A stretch of DNA of 64,000 nt, taken from positions 18,414,001 to 18,478,000 of the forward strand of contig OZ059894.1 in NCBI GenBank assembly GCA_964057225.1. The letters run 5' to 3'. How positions within the stretch are numbered: the stretch's first letter is position 1; every line of letters starts with the position of its first letter. This document shows, in pieces, positions 57,497 to 64,000 of the stretch. A program made the translations under genes and the position numbers. The DNA comes from Auanema rhodensis (taxonomy: Eukaryota > Animalia > Nematoda). The notes below the pieces were generated by a model. The model saw only the letters and a program-made list of their open reading frames with translations, was not told the DNA's origin and ran no database searches.

Positions 57497-60400
57497 ATTT
57501 TTAAGCTAGCGCAAATCTGATAACACAGATCGACGCAGCTTAAAAATCCGCATCGAATGCACTAAACTACATTGAGAAACGCTTAATACAAAAATTAGTT
57601 ATGATCGTTTGAAAAATGATGCATTAGTGTATGTTGAGTTTCCATGTACACTCAACATTGCTTCCAAAAACATTTTGACAAAAATTTTTTCGAAAAATTT
57701 CAAAATAATTTAGCAAAAAGTAGATGTTTTTAGATTCCTTTTTTCAAGGCAAAGACGATGGACAATGTTATTCAACGAAAAAATTAATTCTTCAGGGTGA
57801 AAATCGAGGATATAAGTGTGAACTTATATCAGTTGATATCTCGGTGCCTTTTTAAGCTAGCGCAAATCTGATAACACAGATCGACGCAGCTTAAAAATTC
57901 GCATCGAATGCACTATACTACATTGAGAAACGCTTAATACAAAAATTAGTTATGATCGTTTGAAAAATGATGCATTAGTGTATGTTGAGTTTCCATGTAC
58001 ACTCAACATTGCTTCCAAAAACATTTTGACAAAAATTTTTTCGAAAAATTTCAAAATAATTTAGCAAAAAGTAGATGTTTTTAGATTCCTTTTTTCAAGG
58101 CAAAAACGATGGACAATGTTATTCAACGAAAAATTTAATTCTTCAGGGTGAAAATTGAGGATATAAGTGTGAACTTATATCAGTTGATATCTCGGTGCAT
58201 TTTTAAGCTAGCGCAAATCTGTTAACACAGATCAACGCAGCTTAAAAATCCGCATCGAATGCACTATACTACATTGAGAAACGCTTAATACAAAAATTAG
58301 TTATGATCGTTTGAAAAATGATGCATTAGTGTATGTTGAGTTTCCATGTACACTCAACATTGCTTCCAAAAACATTTTGACAAAAAATTTTTCGAAAAAT
58401 TTCAAAATAATTTAGCAAAAAGTAGATGTTTTTAGATTCCTTTTTTCAAGACAAAGACGATGGACAATGTTATTCAACGAAAAAATCAATTCTTCAGGGT
58501 GAAAATCGAGGATATAAGTGTGAACTTATATCAGTTGATATCTCGGTGCATTTTTAAGCTAGCGCAAATCTGTTAACACAGATCAACGCAGCTTAAAAAT
58601 CCGCATCGAATGCACTATACTACATTGAGAAACGCTTGATACAAAAATTAGTTATGATCGTTTGAAAAATGATGCATTAGTGTATGTTGAGTTTCCATGT
58701 ACACTCAACATTGCTTCCAAAAACATTTTGACAAAAATTTTTTCGAAAAATTTCAAAATAATTTAGCAAAAAGTAGATGTTTTTAGATTCCTTTTTTCAA
58801 GGCAAAGACGATGGACAATGTTATTCAACGAAAAAATTAATTCTTCAGGGTGAAAATCGAGGATATAAGTGTGAACTTATATCAGTTGATATCTCGGTGC
58901 ATTTTCAAGCTAGCGCAAATCTGATAACACAGATCGACGCAGCTTAAAAATCCGCATCGAATGCACTATACTACATTGAGAAACGCTTAATACAAAAATT
59001 AGTTATGATCGTTTGAAAAATGATGCATTAGTGTATGTTGAGTTTCCATGTACACTCAACATTGCTTCCAAAAACATTTTGACAAAAATTTTTTCGAAAA
59101 ATTTCAAAATAATTTAGCAAAAAGTAGATGTTTTTAGATTCCTTTTTTCAAGGCAAAGACGATGGACAATGTTATTCAACGAAAAAATTAATTCTTCAGG
59201 GTGAAAATCGAGGATATAAGTGTGAACTTATATCAGTTGATATCTCGGTGCATTTTTAAGCTAGCGCAAATCTGATAACACAGATCGACGCAGCTTAAAA
59301 ATCCGCATCGAATGCACTATACTACATTGAGAAACGCTTAATACAAAAATTAGTTATGATCGTTTGAAAAATGATGCATTAGTGTATGTTGAGTTTCCAT
59401 GTACACTCAACATTGCTTCCAAAAACATTTTGACAAAAATTTTTTCGAAAAATTTCAAAATAATTTAGCAAAAAGTAGATGTTTTTAGATTCCTTTTTTC
59501 AAGGCAAAGACGATGGACAATGTTATTCAACGAAAAAATTAATTCTTCAGGGTGAAAATCGAGGATATAAGTGTAAACTTATATCAGTTGATATCTCGGT
59601 GCATTTTTAAGCTAGCGCAAATCTGATAACACAGATCGACGCAGCTTAAAAATCCGCATCGAATGCACTAAACTACATTGAGAAACGCTTAATACAAAAA
59701 TTAGTTATGATCGTTTGAAAAATGATGCATTAGTGTATGTTGAGTTTCCATGTACACTCAACATTGCTTCCAAAAACATTTTGACAAAAATTTTTTCGAA
59801 AAATTTCAAAATAATTTAGCAAAAAGTAGATGTTTTTAGATTCCTTTTTTCAAGGCAAAGACGATGGACAATGTTATTCAACGAAAAAATTAATTCTTCA
59901 GGGTGAAAATCGAGGATATAAGTGTGAACTTATATCAGTTGATATCTCGGTGCCTTTTTAAGCTAGCGCAAATCTGATAACACAGATCGACGCAGCTTAA
60001 AAATTCGCATCGAATGCACTATACTACATTGAGAAACGCTTAATACAAAAATTAGTTATGATCGTTTGAAAAATGATGCATTAGTGTATGTTGAGTTTCC
60101 ATGTACACTCAACATTGCTTCCAAAAACATTTTGACAAAAATTTTTTCGAAAAATTTCAAAATAATTTAGCAAAAAGTAGATGTTTTTAGATTCCTTTTT
60201 TCAAGGCAAAAACGATGGACAATGTTATTCAACGAAAAATTTAATTCTTCAGGGTGAAAATTGAGGATATAAGTGTGAACTTATATCAGTTGATATCTCG
60301 GTGCATTTTTAAGCTAGCGCAAATCTGTTAACACAGATCAACGCAGCTTAAAAATCCGCATCGAATGCACTATACTACATTGAGAAACGCTTAATACAAA

Positions 60401-63112
60401 AATTAGTTATGATCGTTTGAAAAATGATGCATTAGTGTATGTTGAGTTTCCATGTACACTCAACATTGCTTCCAAAAACATTTTGACAAAAAATTTTTCG
60501 AAAAATTTCAAAATAATTTAGCAAAAAGTAGATGTTTTTAGATTCCTTTTTTCAAGACAAAGACGATGGACAATGTTATTCAACGAAAAAATTAATTCTT
60601 CAGGGTGAAAATCGAGGATATAAGTGTGAACTTATATCAGTTGATATCTCGGTGCATTTTTAAGCTAGCGCAAATCTGTTAACACAGATCAACGCAGCTT
60701 AAAAATCCGCATCGAATGCACTATACTACATTGAGAAACGCTTGATACAAAAATTAGTTATGATCGTTTGAAAAATGATGCATTAGTGTATGTTGAGTTT
60801 CCATGTACACTCAACATTGCTTCCAAAAACATTTTGACAAAAATTTTTTCGAAAAATTTCAAAATAATTTAGCAAAAAGTAGATGTTTTTAGATTCCTTT
60901 TTTCAAGGCAAAGACGATGGACAATGTTATTCAACGAAAAAATTAATTCTTCAGGGTGAAAATCGAGGATATAAGTGTGAACTTATATCAGTTGATATCT
61001 CGGTGCATTTTCAAGCTAGCGCAAATCTGATAACACAGATCGACGCAGCTTAAAAATCCGCATCGAATGCACTATACTACATTGAGAAACGCTTAATACA
61101 AAAATTAGTTATGATCGTTTGAAAAATGATGCATTAGTGTATGTTGAGTTTCCATGTACACTCAACATTGCTTCCAAAAACATTTTGACAAAAATTTTTT
61201 CGAAAAATTTCAAAATAATTTAGCAAAAAGTAGATGTTTTTAGATTCCTTTTTTCAAGGCAAAGACGATGGACAATGTTATTCAACGAAAAAATTAATTC
61301 TTCAGGGTGAAAATCGAGGATATAAGTGTGAACTTATATCAGTTGATATCTCGGTGCATTTTCAAGCTAGCGCAAATCTGATAACACAGATCGACGCAGC
61401 TTAAAAATCCGCATCGAATGCACTATACTACATTGAGAAACGCTTAATACAAAAATTAGTTATGATCGTTTGAAAAATGATGCATTAGTGTATGTTGAGT
61501 TTCCATGTACACTCAACATTGCTTCCAAAAACATTTTGACAAAAATTTTTTCGAAAAATTTCAAAATAATTTAGCAAAAAGTAGATGTTTTTAGATTCCT
61601 TTTTTCAAGGCAAAGACGATGGACAATGTTATTCAACGAAAAAATTAATTCTTCAGGGTGAAAATCGAGGATATAAGTGTGAACTTATATCAGTTGATAT
61701 CTCGGTGCATTTTTAAGCTAGCGCAAATCTGATAACACAGATCGACGCAGCTTAAAAATCCGCATCGAATGCACTATACTACATTGAGAAACGCTTAATA
61801 CAAAAATTAGTTATGATCGTTTGAAAAATGATGCATTAGTGTATGTTGAGTTTCCATGTACACTCAACATTGCTTCCAAAAACATTTTGACAAAAATTTT
61901 TTCGAAAAATTTCAAAATAATTTAGCAAAAAGTAGATGTTTTTAGATTCCTTTTTTCAAGGCAAAGACGATGGACAATGTTATTCAACGAAAAAATTAAT
62001 TCTTCAGGGTGAAAATCGAGGATATAAGTGTGAACTTATATCAGTTGATATCTCGGTGCCTTTTTAAGCTAGCGCAAATCTGATAACACAGATCGACGCA
62101 GCTTAAAAATTCGCATCGAATGCACTATACTACATTGAGAAACGCTTAATACAAAAATTAGTTATGATCGTTTGAAAAATGATGCATTAGTGTATGTTGA
62201 GTTTCCATGTACACTCAACATTGCTTCCAAAAACATTTTGACAAAAATTTTTTCGAAAAATTTCAAAATAATTTAGCAAAAAGTAGATGTTTTTAGATTC
62301 CTTTTTTCAAGGCAAAAACGATGGACAATGTTATTCAACGAAAAATTTAATTCTTCAGGGTGAAAATTGAGGATATAAGTGTGAACTTATATCAGTTGAT
62401 ATCTCGGTGCATTTTTAAGCTAGCGCAAATCTGTTAACACAGATCAACGCAGCTTAAAAATCCGCATCGAATGCACTATACTACATTGAGAAACGCTTAA
62501 TACAAAAATTAGTTATGATCGTTTGAAAAATGATGCATTAGTGTATGTTGAGTTTCCATGTACACTCAACATTGCTTCCAAAAACATTTTGACAAAAATT
62601 TTTTCGAAAAATTTCAAAATAATTTAGCAAAAAGTAGATGTTTTTAGATTCCTTTTTTCAAGACAAAGACGATGGACAATGTTATTCAACGAAAAAATTA
62701 ATTCTTCAGGGTGAAAATCGAGGATATAAGTGTGAACTTATATCAGTTGATATCTCGGTGCATTTTTAAGCTAGCGCAAATCTGTTAACACAGATCAACG
62801 CAGCTTAAAAATCCGCATCGAATGCACTATACTACATTGAGAAACGCTTAATACAAAAATTAGTTATGATCGTTTGAAAAATGATGCATTAGTGTATGTT
62901 GAGTTTCCATGTACACTCAACATTGCTTCCAAAAACATTTTGACAAAAATTTTTTCGAAAAATTTCAAAATAATTTAGCAAAAAGTAGATGTTTTTAGAT
63001 TCCTTTTTTCAAGGCAAAGACGATGGACAATGTTATTCAACGAAAAAATTAATTCTTCAGGGTGAAAATCGAGGATATAAGTGTGAACTTATATCAGTTG
63101 ATATCTCGGTGC
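57497..63112. repeat. Higher-order repeat: 6-mer (2106 bp), two full copies plus a partial third
   Basis: A monomer carrying GCCTTTT, CAAAAACG, AAAATTTAA and AAATTGAGG occurs at 57848, 59954 and 62060. Each is followed by two GTTAAC/GATCAAC monomers, the first of which has CAAGAC. Confidence 0.9.
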
Positions 63113-63463
63113 ATTTTTAAGCTAGCGCAAATCTAATAACACAGATCGACGCAGCTTAAAAATCCGCATCGAATGCACTATACTACATTGAGAAACGCTT
63201 AATACAAAAATTAGTTATGATCGTTTGAAAAATGATGCATTAGTGTATGTTGAGTTTCCATGTACACTCAACATTGCTTCCAAAAACATTTTGACAAAAA
63301 TTTTTTCGAAAAATTTCAAAATAATTTAGCAAAAAGTAGATGTTTTTAGATTCCTTTTTTCAAGGCAAAGACGATGGACAATGTTATTCAACGACAAAAA
63401 TAATTCTTCAGGGTGAAAATCGAGGATATAAGTGTGAACTTATATCAGTTGATATCTCGGTGC

Positions 63464-63996
63464 ATTTTTAAGCTAGCGCAAATCTGATAACACAGATCGA
63501 CGCAGCTTAAAAATCCGCATCGAATGCACTATACTACATTGAGAAACGCTTAATACAAAAATTAGTTATGATCGTTTGAAAAATGATGCATTAGTGTATG
63601 TTGAGTTTCCATGTACACTCAACATTGCTTCCAAAAACATTTTGACAAAAATTTTTTCGAAAAATTTCAAAATAATTTAGCAAAAAGTAGATGTTTTTAG
63701 ATTCCTTTTTTCAAGGCAAAGACGATGGACAATGTTATTCAACGACAAAAATAATTCTTCAGGGTGAAAATCGAGGATATAAGTGTGAACTCATGTACAC
63801 TCAACATTGCTTCCAAAAACATTTTGACAAAAATTTTTTCGAAAAATTTCAAAATAATTTAGCAAAAAGTAGATGTTTTTAGATTCCTTTTTTCAAATCA
63901 AAGACGATGGACAATGTTATTCAACGAAAAAAATAATTCTTCAGGGTGAAAATCGAGGATATAAGTGTGAACATATATCAGTTGATATCTCGGTGC
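63464..63996. repeat. 533-bp fused dimer produced by a 169-bp deletion across a monomer junction
   Basis: GTGTGAACT|CATGTACAC at 63791/63792 joins monomer position 328 to position 147 of the next unit. 702-169=533. Confidence 0.96.
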
Positions 63997-64000
63997 ATTT

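Larger units (their letters stand above)
1..64000. repeat. Tandem satellite DNA array, 351-bp monomer, ~182 units, single orientation, running off both window ends
   Basis: ATTTTTAAGCTAGCGCAAATCTG recurs at 1, 352, 771, 1122, 1473 and onward, with an exact 351-bp period from 14685 to 49433 (99 units) and from 49775 to 63463 (39 units). No non-satellite sequence is present. Confidence 0.99.

Noticed and set aside
63691-63882. 63-aa ORF from the ORF track
   Set aside because: It is a chance read-through created by the 169-bp deletion junction at 63791/63792 and local SNVs.
1-64000. Giant repetitive protein gene (351 = 117 codons)
   Set aside because: The six-frame track shows no ORF spanning even one monomer, and frameshifting variants (350, 341, 419, 442 bp) are tolerated.
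1-64000. CRISPR-like or repeat-spacer array
   Set aside because: There are no unique spacers; sequence between the hairpins is as conserved as the hairpins, and no cas genes are present.

Overview
The whole 64 kb window is one uninterrupted head-to-tail array of about 182 copies of an AT-rich (~31% GC by hand count) 351-bp satellite monomer, all in the same orientation and differing at only a few positions. It looks like eukaryotic (peri)centromeric or heterochromatic satellite DNA. I cannot assign it to a named family. I found no genes, RNA genes, CRISPR spacers or transposon insertions, and both supplied ORFs are by-products of single-copy mutations. The informative structure is at three scales. 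(1) The monomer is densely packed with inverted repeats: a 67-nt hairpin across the monomer junction, a 9-bp GNRA-loop hairpin, a 9-bp hairpin with a 10-nt loop, and a nested fold-back over the A/T-tract region. (2) Length variants occur: 419 bp x3, 442 bp, 350 bp x2, 341 bp and a 169-bp deletion fusion. Every event larger than 1 bp has a breakpoint at monomer positions ~121-166, and one shows a templated-insertion signature. (3) Diagnostic SNVs define local higher-order repeats (3-, 4-, 5- and 6-mers and a 6,896-bp duplication) and a layered layout, with a homogeneous core and rare variants shared by the two flanks. 'Monomer position' below means position in the first monomer (window 1-351).
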